A stretch of 64,000 bases of DNA, taken from Eledone cirrhosa. Taxonomy: Eukaryota. Of this stretch, positions 26,930 to 39,439 are shown one piece after another (position 1 is the first letter of the stretch; each line of letters starts with the position of its first letter). The position numbers and the translations under genes are program-made. A model generated the notes under the pieces. The model did no database searches, was not told the DNA's origin, and saw nothing but the letters and a program-made list of their open reading frames with translations. The stretch covers positions 369,768,001-369,832,000 of the forward strand of contig OZ024743.1 in the NCBI GenBank assembly GCA_964016885.1. Direction: 5' to 3'.

Positions 26930-28950
26930 ACGTGCAACAGACAAAAGAAAGGAAGAAACTGCTCCAACTGCAACAGCTACTTCCACCTCAATTGCATCAA
27001 ACTCACTCAACTAATGTCGGAATCCTGCACCAGTGGCACTGCCCACCACGCCTATCCACCTCGATACCACAGGCGGTCACGGGAAGCCGGCACAACGGGG
27101 ACCAAAACCTGCTCGACTCAGACGAGGCACTGGTGGCGATCTCTCGCCTCAAGCAGTCGCGGAGAGTCATCACCAGAATCCCCAAAGCTGCCCGCACTCC
27201 CATTGCCAAAGCGCTAGTGATGTCAATCGACTGAGCTCTTGATTGGGCGGCCTGCAAGACTGGACAAAACTGTTCAGTTTTGCGACACTCGTACTCGGCA
27301 TCCCGTTGGTAGGGAACCCGACAGTGAGAGAGATTGGTCCCTCCCTGACTTCGAGGCTCAAGAGCAATATCGCTTCTTTATGCAACCCTTCACCTGCGAG
27401 CCTCTCAGCCCTCTAGTGCTGCTCACCTGTACCAACATAGTGCCCGCAATCTACTTCTGACAACTGCACGAAACGTCTTTGGGACAGAGTCACCCTCAAA
27501 CTAACTGAGGGCGACGTTACGGTAGTGGTACATGTGCTGGCCTCGAGTATCCCTCACCAACCTAGCACTCATCCCATCCTGTTCGGGCCTCGACCAACAC
27601 CCAAAGATGCCGCATGCATTCTCGGCTCTACAATTTTCCTGAAAGGCATAAGAAGGTGCCTGGAAACCAAGCGTGCAGACTTGTCCCGATTGGTAGAGAG
27701 GCCACGTCTCACTGACGCTCATCAGCGCTCTTCCTCTTGAGGAACTGTTTCGCCCTCTCCAAATATATGTTTACGCTGCGCAGTACAACTTGTCACCCCC
27801 CCCCCCCCCCACGCAGAACTCAGTGAACTCGACGCCACCATTCACCGCTGTGCAGAACTCATCTGCAATGTCATCTTCGACAGGGCTGGCTAGCAACAGG
27901 TGAAGCTCCCAGTGAAATTTGGTGGCCTCTGCCTACGATCCGGTTCGGATCTGGCTCTACCGGCCTACCATTCCTCAATCTCCTCTAGTCGTGCTCTCGT
28001 TAGTGAAATCCTCAGCAAGACGGCCAAACCAGAGCTTGAGCAGGCTCTGGCCGACGAGACAGGTGAATGCTTCTCTGTTCCCCAGTATACAAATGTCCAA
28101 TGTAACTGGGATGACATCAAATGCAGGTCTTCCTTCAGTAGGATCGAGTCTGGCTTGAGACCAACACCGCCTCTCATTCCTCCGCTCCGCTTCATAGCCA
28201 AACAGTGGGGAATGGCTCAATTCGGTGCCCTCTTCATCAACTAGTACCCTTCTTGATAACGAGTGCATTCGCATCGGATTGGCCCAACGTCTCAGCCTCC
28301 GCGTGTGTGAGCCACACAAATGCTGCTGTGGGGCTGTCATTGACGAGTTTGACCTGCACCCACTCTCTTGCCGCCAGAACGCAGGCCGGTTCTCCCGACA
28401 TGCCGCTCTCAACAACATATTGAGATGGAGCCTGGACGCAGCTGGATTCCCATCACAACTGGAGCCAGCAGGCCTCAACTGCGGAGACTGCAAGAGTCCG
28501 TTAGAACTACCCTCTTCCCATTCCAAGTGATAGATCCCTCATCTGGGAGGCCACATGTTGTAACAAATTCCCCACCTCCAACTTAGTCGCTTCGACCACA
28601 AACCCCAGTACTTCAGCCCGCAATGCAGAGGAAAGGAAGACAGACAAATACCGGGAATTGTCCAGCTGCTTCCTGTTCGCACCGGTCGCTGTCAAGACTT
28701 CAGACGTACTTGGACCCCATACTGCCATGCTCCTCCGCAAGGTCGGAACGTCAGCAGCCCGTCTGAGGAAGGATCCCCGCGAGGTGGAGTGGCTGTTGCA
28801 GCGGGTGTCGCTGGCCATTGTCCGCGGTCTTGTCTGCGGTGTGTAGCTCCAACACCGCCGCGCCCTTCACTCTCCTCCTTCCCCCATTCTCCTGTGACCC
28901 TAGAATCTTTACCTTTATCTTCCTTTTTCGTTTTTAAATATTAATAAAGT
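26930..28950 (+). pseudogene. Deleted CRE-clade-like non-LTR retrotransposon (PHD-like N-terminus, RT C-terminal part, CCHC finger + restriction-like endonuclease)
   Basis: CSNCNSYFHLNC...WHCPP, RIPKAAR, FLLRNCFA, LPVKFGGL, HKCCCG..HPLSC..GRFSRHAALN, LEPAGL, LIWEAT, KYREL, FAPVAVKT, LLQRVSLAIVRG; AATAAA at about 28943. Confidence 0.72.
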
Positions 28951-29921
28951 TATGAATTTGCAAAGAATGTAAGAACATATAATTAAAAACGAGCAGTATA
29001 GTGAGTTTAACAAAAATATATCAAATGGAACATACCAGAATTAAATAACTATTTTACTCTCTCGTACACAATTCCTTAATGGCTACAGAGCCATGATTCA
29101 CCTTTGGAAGGGTTAAGTTCAATGGTTAATTAGGATCATCGACAAGAAGGAATTAATCATATGAACTTACACCTCTAAAACAAATCTAAGAACCGGCTGA
29201 AACGCACATGAAGTTTTGAAAATAACAACGCGCTTCAGTTTTGTCTATGTGACATTAATAGGTATGTGGATAGCTAAAAATAACTGCCAAAAAAACATTT
29301 AACAATAAAAAGCTCGGCTAAATACCACCCAGGAGCATATTTATATTACTAAAATGAATAAAGATGCCATGTCTGAGAAACAGACACTAGCAGAAAATCC
29401 ACCTTTCGAGTGGTTTTCTACTAGCATGTATAGTGTGCATATTGATATTATGAGCAAATATATATGCATGTAGATATGATACGTCAAATGAAATAGTAAT
29501 TGACAATATGCACAGAAATTGAATGAAGTCTGTGTTACACTATCTTCTGTAATCAGTAAAGTAATCCATGATACATTTTAAAAAAAAAGACGATATTATA
29601 TATAAACTGCATATATAATAAAGTAAAATGTTATGAAAACTAAAAAACCTTATATAACGATGCAAATATATGATGTTTATATAAGCGATGTAATAAGCGT
29701 TATAATATAACCGGAAGTGTTAACATTTGAAAATTTTAAAGAAGTGAATCTTAAAATGAGCAATACTTTATATATAAGAATATTTATGTTTAATCAAGAG
29801 CTACGAAATTTAGTAGATAAATTACATAATATTCATTCATTATTTATTCAAAGTAATCCAGCTTATTTTACTAACGGGATAAAAAATTATAAAACGGACC
29901 CTGTCCCACACTCCTCCCTTT

Positions 29922-30036
29922 ATTATATTATAGATGCGCCATCCTTACGGGGTCGATAAAATAAAGTACCAGTAATGCACTGGTAATTGCTGGCCTTGTG
30001 CCAAAAGTAGAAACAATTATATTAAAGATGCGCCAT
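29922..30036 (+). mobile_element. 5'-truncated SINE flanked by a 21-bp target-site duplication
   Basis: ATTATATTATAGATGCGCCAT (29922-29942) and ATTATATTAAAGATGCGCCAT (30016-30036) flank a sequence nearly identical to 48441-48520. Confidence 0.85.
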
Positions 30037-30689
30037 ATCGTCAGTAATGAAAGCTCAAGGATAAATTCAAGATCGAATGACATATAAACATATATCAAAC
30101 AATAAGATCATTTTCAAAGAATGTTAGAACATACTAATTACAAATGAGCAGTATAGTGAGTTTAACAAAAATATCAAACGGAACATACTGGACATCAAAT
30201 ACCTATTTACTCTCTCAAAGGTGAAACATAGTTTTGTAGCAATTAAGGAATTGTGCACTAAAAAAGAAATCTAGACATAAAAACCCATACGCAGGTACAG
30301 ACGCATACGCACATAAAATACAAAAAAATTCCGACACACACCTCACCCACAAAAGAAACAATACAAAAAAGTCATATACACACACACGCACACCTTCATG
30401 TAAACACACGGGCAAAAAACAAAGAAGTCACAGACATATACACACGCACACCAATAATATAGAACCAGTAATATAGTACACCAATACTATAGTACACACG
30501 TGTACACACACACACAACCAGAAGCAATAATGCAACCTACCAATTTCACTTCATCGGCACACACACAACTACACCCATGACATACCTGGACACACCAGTT
30601 CCGCCCTCACTCCCGAATGCCTGACCACCCACAAAGCTTCTCAACCTTTTCCAAGCTTTCAAGTTCTTACCTGTTCTCTTCCTATCCTA

Positions 30690-30770
30690 ACTCTCCATTT
30701 CCTGACGAAGGACTGCCACCCGAAGCGCCGATCCCCCCCCCCCTCCTAAGCTTGATCCTAATAAAACTTT
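30690..30770 (+). other. Possible decayed Penelope-type terminal repeat with degenerate minimal hammerhead
   Basis: CTGACGA-AGG..CC-CGAAGCGCCG followed by AATAAA; the core GAAA reads GAAG. Confidence 0.3.
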
Positions 30771-30808
30771 GTGTCTTTGTATCCGTGTTTGTTTTGTTTC
30801 ATTTGTTA

Positions 30809-30931
<123 letters not shown>

Positions 30932-31090
30932 AGTAGTAATCGCAAAATATTGGAAACTGAATTTTTCGATAAATCCTATCGGACTAGCATTTCTAGATTT
31001 TGTTTACCTGTAGATTGGCGAAATATGTGTCAATTATATAATAAATGTTTGTCCTTTAACTGTAAAGTTGTCATATTTATGTTACACACG

Positions 31091-31156
<66 letters not shown>

Positions 31157-31419
31157 CCATTTATGTTGGATGGCTTACCTAATGGGTAGATTTGGTCATT
31201 CTGGTTTGCAAACCAGGATGCATAAGCAAAAGCACTCATCGTTATGTATATCATCCATCGTAGATATGGTATTTGTGGTTGGAGCAGGAACGGGGTTGAA
31301 TACTTCAAAGACAACATAAGGCCGGATTCAAAATATAATTTTAGTAATGTAAAAATTACAATACGTATTTCTATGCCATACTTACATCATCAGATCATGA
31401 CGTAAGACTTCGGCGAAGT

Positions 31420-32830
31420 CATCAGGTGTAAATTGCAAAGATTAAGTAATCAATAACCAAACATCTGGAAAAACAACCTGCTCCCAGAACAGAAAAGATG
31501 CCGCAGAGGGTCATATGGTTACAAAGACCAGTTATTAATAAATAAAACCATAACTGAAAACTGCAAAAAATGTCAGCATGGCTTGGATTGACTACCAAAA
31601 AGCGTTTGACAGTGTTCCCCATACATGGATACTCAACACATTAGCCATGAATAAAATATCAGCAAAAATAACATTTATTAAACATGACATGAGTAAATGG
31701 CAAACAATTCTGCTGATACAATCAATAGAGGCATATTTCAAGGAGACTCCCTATCACCACTGCTTTTCTGCATAGCATTAACACCACTATCTGAATTAAT
31801 AAACAGAACTGTGATACGGTATAAATGCTACAATGGGGAAATGAATCATCTCCTATATATGGATGATCTAAAGCTGTATGCTACAAATGAAAAACAACTC
31901 CAAACACTGCTACAAACAATACACAGAGTCACAAAAGAAATAGGCATGACATTTGGACTAGAAAAATGTGCCAAGGCAACTCTGAAGACAGGTAAACTAG
32001 TGAAAAGCACTAATATCATGTTAGATAAAGAAACAGAAATAAGAAAACTAGATTAAACTCAGACATACAAATACTTAGGAATCAATGAACTAGATCAGAT
32101 TAAACACACACAGATAAAAGAAAAACATTAAAAATCAATACTACAGAAGAATTAGGTTAATACTCAAAACGGAACTAAATGCAAAGAATAAAGTGAGTGG
32201 CATCAACACTTTAGCAAGTCCCTTTAATGAGAAACAGCTTTAACATTCTGAATTGGACATTAAAAGAACTAGCTGGAATAGCTAGAAAAACAAAAATAAA
32301 AAATGACCGCTTTTGGAAGATACCATCCAAAATCAGGCATAGAAAGATTATACCTACCAAGAACACAAGGAGGAAGGGGACTTATGCATCTAGAAAACTC
32401 TTATAAAGTAACTACTGTAGGGCTACAAAAATACTTAATAAAAAACAAAGGAAAACTAATACAAATAGCCACGAAACATGAACAAAAAAAAAAAAATATT
32501 CTTGGTCTTCAAGGAAGCCAAAAAATTCAAATCAGAAACTGGACTAACAGATAGTTGTGTGGAAAGTGAAAACAAAGAAAAAAACAACACTTGAAATTGT
32601 GAAAGACATAATATTTAAATTGAAAACTGACATCCAGAATGCCATCTTAAAACGATGTCAAGAGAAATCCTTACATGGCCAATACTCGAAAAAGCTAAAT
32701 AGAAAGGAAGTAGACAAAGGAAACACACAAAACTGGCTCCGAAGCTGAGACGGTAGGATTTCTAATTGCAGCCCAAGACCAAAGTCAACCAACCAGAAAC
32801 TACCAGAAGTACATAATGAAACAAAGCAGA
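31420..32830 (+). pseudogene. Decayed Dong/R4-clade retrotransposon RT region
   Basis: [76 protein letters not shown]. Truncated where the minus-strand Tx1 composite ends. Confidence 0.85.
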
Positions 32831-33014
32831 ATGAGTCATCATCATCAACTGGAGAATATGTGGAGATAGGGAAGAAACAATCAATCACATAGTCTCTGTG
32901 TGTGTGGCAATTTTGGTGGTCTGTACGTATTTTGTTTCTGTGATGTTGGTGTGGTGTTGAATGTAATTTAAAAGGCTTGTGTTGTCTGTCTATGGCTGTG
33001 TATTGTGTCTGTTG

Positions 33015-35505
33015 ACAACAGATGGACCGCCTGATCATCGGAGCGCGTCCCTTCCACAAAAAGCGAAAGAGCAAACGCTCCAGCGCAGTCAGGCGAGGCT
33101 TAGGACAAGGTACGACGGTCAGGCGGTAGTAGATGACGGACGCGATGTACGCGTTAGCCACCTCCGCTTCAGGGATAGCTTCCTCTCCACCCATTTCTGG
33201 GTGAGAGAAGCCACCCTGCTCGTCACCTCGTCCCAGTTTTTGTCCGTCTGGAGGTCCGGACCGAACCAGACCCCTAGCAATTTAACCGGTCCGTCCGTCC
33301 AGCGCCCGACGACGCTGTTGGACGGCATGGACCTGCCTCTCCAGGTGCCGAGCTGCAGGCCCACCAACTTTTCCTGGTTGATCATTGCTCCTGTCACTGC
33401 TTCGTATTCACTTAGTGTAGTGCCGATCGCCTCGATGTGTTTGGCGTTCGACACCACTACGGTGACATCGTCCGCATATGCTGACACGGATCTTCCGCAT
33501 CCTAGTTCGCGCGGGACCCCCCTCAACGTCTCCAGTTTGTGCAGTAATGGCTCGAGAGTCAATACGTACAAGAGGGACGAGAGGGGACATCCTTGGCGGA
33601 CCGAGCGCATGATGTTGAACGTTTCACTCTCACCACAGAGCAGATGTCGCTGTGCATGGCAGCGATCCAGCCTCTGAAGACAAGCCCAAAGCCAGCCGCC
33701 CTTAGGACTGCCGCCAGATAACGATGGACGACTCTATCGAAAGCTTTCGACTGATCTAAATTGATCAAGGACCCACCCGTGCCATGTTCCCTAGCTACCC
33801 TCTCTACGATGTATCGCATGAGGTGGAGGTTGTCGTGGATGGATCTGTGGGGAATGGCGCATATCTGCGCCTCTCCCACCAGACCACCAACGACAAGCGC
33901 CAACCTCTTTGCTAGCACCTTGGCCAAAATCTTGAACTCTGTGTTTAGCAGAGGTGTGGGCCTAAAATTATCTATGTTATCCCCCTTGTTCGGATCCTTT
34001 CTCAGCAGCGCCACCGCTCCTCGGCTCACAGAGCTGGGAATTCTCCCGTTCTGTTGCCATTTGCAGTAGACGTCCGCCAAGAGGCCTCCGAACACGTTTG
34101 GCATCTGTACGTAAAGTTCATAGGGCAGACCATCCAAACCAGGCGATTTACCCCTTGTGCAGCCAGTCATTGCCTCCCTTACTTCAGCTGCTGTTATCGG
34201 CTTTTCGCAACACTCCGCCTTAGTGGCCGAGAGCCGCGGCTGTCCGTCGAGGTAGACACTAAAGTACATCCCTCGATCCGGCCCGCCGTTGCCCCCGAAC
34301 AGCTGAGCGAAGTGTCGCTGAAAAGCTTCACACATTTGCCCGGGATCGAGTAGCATGCGCCCGTCATGGTCCACCAAAGACCGGATCGTGGCTTTGTTGC
34401 CACGACGCGCCTCCGCCACTCGGGCCCATTGAACGGGTTTCGTCCCCTCGTGTCTGAGAGCATGCACCCTAGCTCTGACAACGCAGCCTTCGTGCTTTGC
34501 AAAGAAGAATTGGTCAAAGACCAATTTCGCCGCAAGTACGTCGGTCGCGATGACTTTTCTAAGCGCCTCGTCTAATTTTCTAACTAGTTCTCCCTCTGCT
34601 CTATTTTTCTCTATAGCTAAAGCCTTACTAAACCTAATGGACTCTATTCTAATCGCTCTTTTCAGAGCAAACCACCATTTGTTGTTGACGATGGCCCCCG
34701 TCAACGCCCGCTTAACTAGTTCGCTAATCCGGTCTCTGTAGGCCTTGCGCGCTGGTAAGGGCGCGTTTAGCTTCCAGTAGCCGGGTCCTTATCTATGAAG
34801 CCCATCTAAATCAACCACACAGATCACGAATTTGTGGTCCGTGTAGCTGACTATCTTGAATTGTGGACAGCTAGACCTATCTATTTCTCTACAAAATACT
34901 CTATCTAGATATGATCTGGATGACCCTATACGATTTGTCCAAGTCCACATTGGCACATTCGGGAAATCCAATCGGTACCTGTCAGACAGATCGAAATGCC
35001 TGAGCAGGTTGGTGAGGCTCTTGCACCTTCCACCTTTATCCGCTAATCCCACACAGTCCCAGCGTGCATCTAAGATCCCGTTCCAGTCGCTCACCAACAC
35101 TAAAGAGCGGGACGTTCCAAGAAAGGTCTCCAGACGCCGGAAGAAATCAGGCCGCCCTGCTCCTGTCGGGGCATAGACGGCCACTAGCCTGAAAGCTTGC
35201 CCGTCTCCGCTGGTCACGTCTAGCACCACCAACTTACCTTCTGGGTCCAGGAAGATGGCCCGTATGACGAGATCCAAACCTCTCCGAAAAAGCACAGCAA
35301 CTCCACCCCCGATCCAGGACGGCTGGGAGATGCGTACACATCGTAGCCGCCGAAGATCGGGGCGAAGGTCCGTGCTTCGGAGATTCTGGTCTCACTGATG
35401 GCCACTACATCTATGTTTAGTGACCTGAGGTCGTTAAGAAGGTGGCCCTGCTTCCATGACGACCCCAAGCCACGCGCATTTATGCTGCCTATTCTGAGTG
35501 AGGTC
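33015..35505 (-). pseudogene. Tx1-like ORF2 (EN-RT), frameshifted, start codon mutated, 3' truncated
   Basis: ISETR, SYLDRV, YTDH, KSPGLDGL, NFRP, DQSKAFDRV, RQGCPLS, YADD in ORFs 35220-35468, 34789-35295, 33559-34704 and 33119-33610. Confidence 0.9.
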
Positions 35506-36499
35506 CTGTTGTAAACGAGTGGAAAATATGGGAAAGACCACTTACCTTACCTCTCGTAGAGGAAGGATGGTTTCTCCATCCTTTTCACTGCTTGTGGCCT
35601 CAGGGCATCACCGAAGAGGTAAGTGCTCGTCTTTAGCCCTTTCAAACGCGTCCACCACACCATCTCTTTCGCCATGACCACCAAGCAGATAAAAACTGTC
35701 CGCCCTTCCTGGTTAAAGGAAGACGGTGGGGTAATCCTTACGATGGACTCAGCTGATAGTCGGATTTGTCCTACGCGCGACAGCAGGTGTTCGACATAAA
35801 CCCACAAGTCAGCAATTCTCGGACACTGGACGAATGCGTGCAGGTTTGTGAGGCTTTTACACCCTCCTCTCCTATCTGCTAGTCCCACACAGTCCCATCG
35901 TTCATCCAAGATCCCGTTCCAGTCACCCACTAACACTAAAGAGCGCGACATTCCAAGAAAGTTCCCCAGGAGCCGGAAGCAGTCAGGCCGCCTTGCCCTG
36001 TCGGAGCATAGATGGCCACTAGCCTGAAAGCATAGAATTCGCTGCTGGTCACGTCCAGCACCACCAACTTATCTTCTCGGTCCAAGAAGATGGCCCGTAG
36101 CTCGAGGTCTAGACTTCTCCGTAACAACACAGCCACTTCTCCCCCAAAGATTGGAGATGTGTACACTTCGTAGCTGCCGAAAATGGGTGCGAATGCTCAT
36201 GCCTCGGAGATTCTGGTCTCACTGATGGCCACCACATCTATGTTTAGCGACCTGAGATCGTTGAGCAGGTGGCTCTGCTTCCAAGACGACCCCAGGCCAC
36301 GTACATTTATACTGCCTATTCTAAGTAAGGCCATGTTGGGTGAGGAATGGAGTAAGTGAGAAAGGATCACTTACCCTGATCGTGTAGGAAAGGGACAGTC
36401 GAACCGTCCCTTTGGCTGGCCATGGGTGTCTCCAAGATAATGTCCTGAGAGTAGCCATGTTGACTAAGATAGGAGGAAAACAAATGAGAGGGGAAAAGT

Positions 36500-38340
36500 G
36501 AAAATAACTTTATCTTTGGATTTTTTTAGGAAGGGGTGATCCATCCCTCCGGTAGATTTCTCCACAAGAATATCAGAATAAATTCTTTCGGTGACGTTCT
36601 CTCGATAGTCTCCAATTGCCCCTGGAACTTTTTCTTAAATGTTGTGTAATTCTTTTGAGAGGTGTCAATTATTTTTATTTGTGTAGGAGGTTTGTATGTA
36701 ATTTGTTTCTGTGATGTTGGTGTAGCTTTGAATGAAATTTAAAAGCTTTGTGTTGTCTGTGTCTATGGCTGTGTATTGTGTCTGCTTTTGGGATGTTTGT
36801 ACTTTCTGTGTTTGCTGTGGTGTTGCTGGAGGTGACGATGGGGTAGATGATGATGGTGATGGTGGCGGTGGTGGTAATGATGGTGCAGGTGGTTCTGGGG
36901 GTGTGGCTGTTGATGGTGATGGCGGTGGGGTCGTTGACTTGTTCATTTTTTTGTTTTTTCCTCCTCCTTTTTTCGAGGGCGAAAGTAGGGAGCTCTTTCT
37001 TTTTTTCCCCTGCGATGGTTTTCCACCATTCAGCGTCATCACATTCTCTGCCCCATTTAGCGATATCGGGAAGGGGCATACTCTCCATCGTCTTGTTGGC
37101 GCTGTTGGTGATGGAGGAGATGGTGTTTTTGTCGTTGGTGTCGCTGGTGCTGGTAGCTTTTCCGCCACTGCGGCCTCGGTTGGTTTGGCCACTCTAGTCG
37201 TGAGGCACGACGTAGGGAGAAGGGGGAAGCGCGTGCCCGCCTTGGTGAGTTTGAGGCAGAAATCCTTAAGGTGTGTTTTATCTCTGCATCTGTGACACCT
37301 TGGGGGCCTACATTCGACAGTCACAGGTAGATGACTGCCGTCGTCCAGGTCGATCACATCGGGGATGGCCTCTGTGCTCTCATGGTTTGATTGGATGATT
37401 AGCTCCATCCCCGAACTTGACCAGTTTTCCTGTCTTATACGCATGACTTCTAGGATTGTTGTTGACTCGACGTCAGCGAGGACGGCCGCCATCAGCCAAG
37501 CGATCTCCACTGAGGGCGGAACCTGGATCACTCGGACCCTCGTGACTCTCTGGCCGCAGTATGTGGGCACCATCACTATTTTGTCACTGTGGAGTGGCGT
37601 AATAGAGCGTGCTCTGGCTTCTTCGGGTGTAGCGAAGAGAACATCCACTGTGCCATACTTTGATCCTCGGGCTATGTAGGTTTTCTGTGCCCAGACGGCA
37701 CCCATAGCCCTTTGGACCCGTGACTCAGTCACCCGTTCCACCCGGCGCGATTTGAGTTCAAGTGTACGGTAGGAGACCGAACACAGACGTCGGCTTTTCA
37801 TGACGTTGGGTGGGTGGGTGGGTGAGGCTGACCCTGTGTCCGCTTTTCTTGACCAACACCTTGGCCTGCCGCATCTCCGTGTCACTGACACGTACTCGGT
37901 CAACATTTTTGGCAGCCTTGCGCGAACGATGTAGCTTGGGCGGCTCCTGCCTGATGTGTGGTTTCGTCGTTTCTGCTGCTTTTGTTGTTCTTGTTCTTGT
38001 GGTTGTCACTGTTGTTGATATTGTTGTCTTTGTTGTCGTTCTTGCTGTTGTTGTTGCTGGTGCTGTTGTCGTTCTTGTTCACGACTGTGTTTTTACTGTT
38101 GTTGGTGTTGTTATTGGTAATGTTGTCGCTGTTGCTGCTGTTGTTTGTGTTGTCATTTATGTTTATATTCGTGTTTTCACTGTTGTTGGTGCTGTTATTG
38201 TTTGTGCTGCTGTTCACGATATTGCCTAGTGTGGTGTTACATTTCAAAATTGTTGTGGGAGGGGCAGCGTTATTAGCCTCAACATTTGAGTCGCTGTCGC
38301 ACAACAGCAAACTCAAAGTTGAGGGGCATGGCCCCGCCAT
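36500..38340 (-). pseudogene. Tx1-like ORF1 (N-rich N-terminus, RRM-like region, CCHC knuckle, Pro/Thr-rich linker), frameshifted
   Basis: RRLCSVSYRT, KYGTVDVLF, CHRCRDKTHLKDFC; homologous to ORF 52555-53568. Confidence 0.85.
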
Positions 38341-38546
38341 GTTTTTTTCTCGATAAACATTATTTTTTTTTAACACACAAAGGTTAAATATTTGGGCCGA
38401 AAGGCCCAAATATTATGGGGAGTCCTCTCTTGAGGGCAAAGACTAAAGTCTTATGCCCCTTTTCAAACAAAAAATCAATGACAAAAGGATTTAAACACGT
38501 AGAAATAACAAACTTACTCGAGCTCACGATAGTACGTCCATTCATT

Positions 38547-38820
38547 TCAATGACCAATAATAATTCTTTCTACTTTTGGCACAAGGCCAGTCAATGACCA
38601 ATAATAATTCTTTCTACTTTTGGCACAAGGCCAGTCAATGACCAATAATAATTCTTTCTACTTTTGGCACAAGGCCAGTCAATGACCAATAATAATTCTT
38701 TCTACTTTTGGCACAAGGCCAGTCAATGACCAATAATAATTCTTTCTACTTTTGACACAAGGCCAGTCAATGACCAATAATAATTCTTTCTACTTTTGGC
38801 ACAAGGCCAGTCAATGACCA
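38547..38820. repeat. 44-bp tandem repeat, 6 near-perfect units plus a partial unit
   Basis: TCAATGACCAATAATAATTCTTTCTACTTTTGGCACAAGGCCAG starts at 38547, 38591, 38635, 38679, 38723, 38767 and 38811; one substitution in unit 5. Confidence 0.97.
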
Positions 38821-39014
38821 ATAATAATAATAATGATTTCTAGTATAGGCATAAGGCCAGTAATTTGGGGGGAGGGGAAAGTTGATTAAATCGACCCCAG
38901 TACGTTACTGGTGCTTTATTTTATGGATCCAAAGGACGAAAGGCAAAGTTAACCTCAGCGAGATTTGAACTTAGAACGTAAAGGGATGAAAAGCATGGTG
39001 TCTGACGTTCTACC
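38821..39014 (-). mobile_element. tRNA-derived SINE with (ATT)n tail
   Basis: Sense strand TTCTAAGTTCAAATCTCGCTGAGGTTAACTTTGCCTTTCGTCC ... CTGGCCTTATGCCTATACTAGAAATCATTATTATTATT. Confidence 0.8.
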
Positions 39015-39439
39015 GGTAAAAATCTGGGCTTCCAGCCCCATTTACACCATTTTTTACGTTCTATATAGTTGACATTTTCACTCGTTTGAAACATTGTGGT
39101 TTAATGAATTTTTTTCCGGGTATTTTTATCGTGACACCATCACTAGATAGATTGTCTACCATGACTTAAAGAGCCCCTATCTAATCTCATCTAGGGAAAA
39201 CTATATCTCGCAAGAGGTCTCAAACTGGTATTTATGTTTTTTTTTGGTTTCATATCTGATTTTGCGTCTCTTTAAAGAATGCAGTAACAGCTCAGGGTTT
39301 ATCACTCTCAGTGAACTTACTGATGGGTGATTTCTGAGGTTCCGCACACAGATAGGTTGTCATAATTATCACTAAAGTATTCCATTGCTCAGCAGCGTGG
39401 GCCCGGGTCGACTTTAAAAGACTATTGAAGTGAAAAAAG

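Larger units (their letters stand above)
32890..38555 (-). mobile_element. Rearranged composite of Tx1-like LINE pieces: 5'UTR-ORF1, two inter-ORF cassettes, deleted ORF2, third cassette, second ORF2, ORF1 C-terminal piece
   Basis: 5' CGTACTATCGTGAGCTC matches element A. ORF1 runs from 38340 to about 36500; EN 36334-35845 is joined to the C-terminal HAFVQCP region; the second ORF2 runs from about 35505 to 33015 with YADD. Confidence 0.88.

Noticed and set aside
31160-31320. Possible minus-strand host exon ending in TTAG|GTAAGC
   Set aside because: No recognisable peptide, clear acceptor or partner exons; needs RNA-seq.
38547-38820. CRISPR-like appearance of the 44-bp array
   Set aside because: Units are contiguous with no unique spacers, the context is eukaryotic, there are no cas genes, and the unit derives from the SINE tail.
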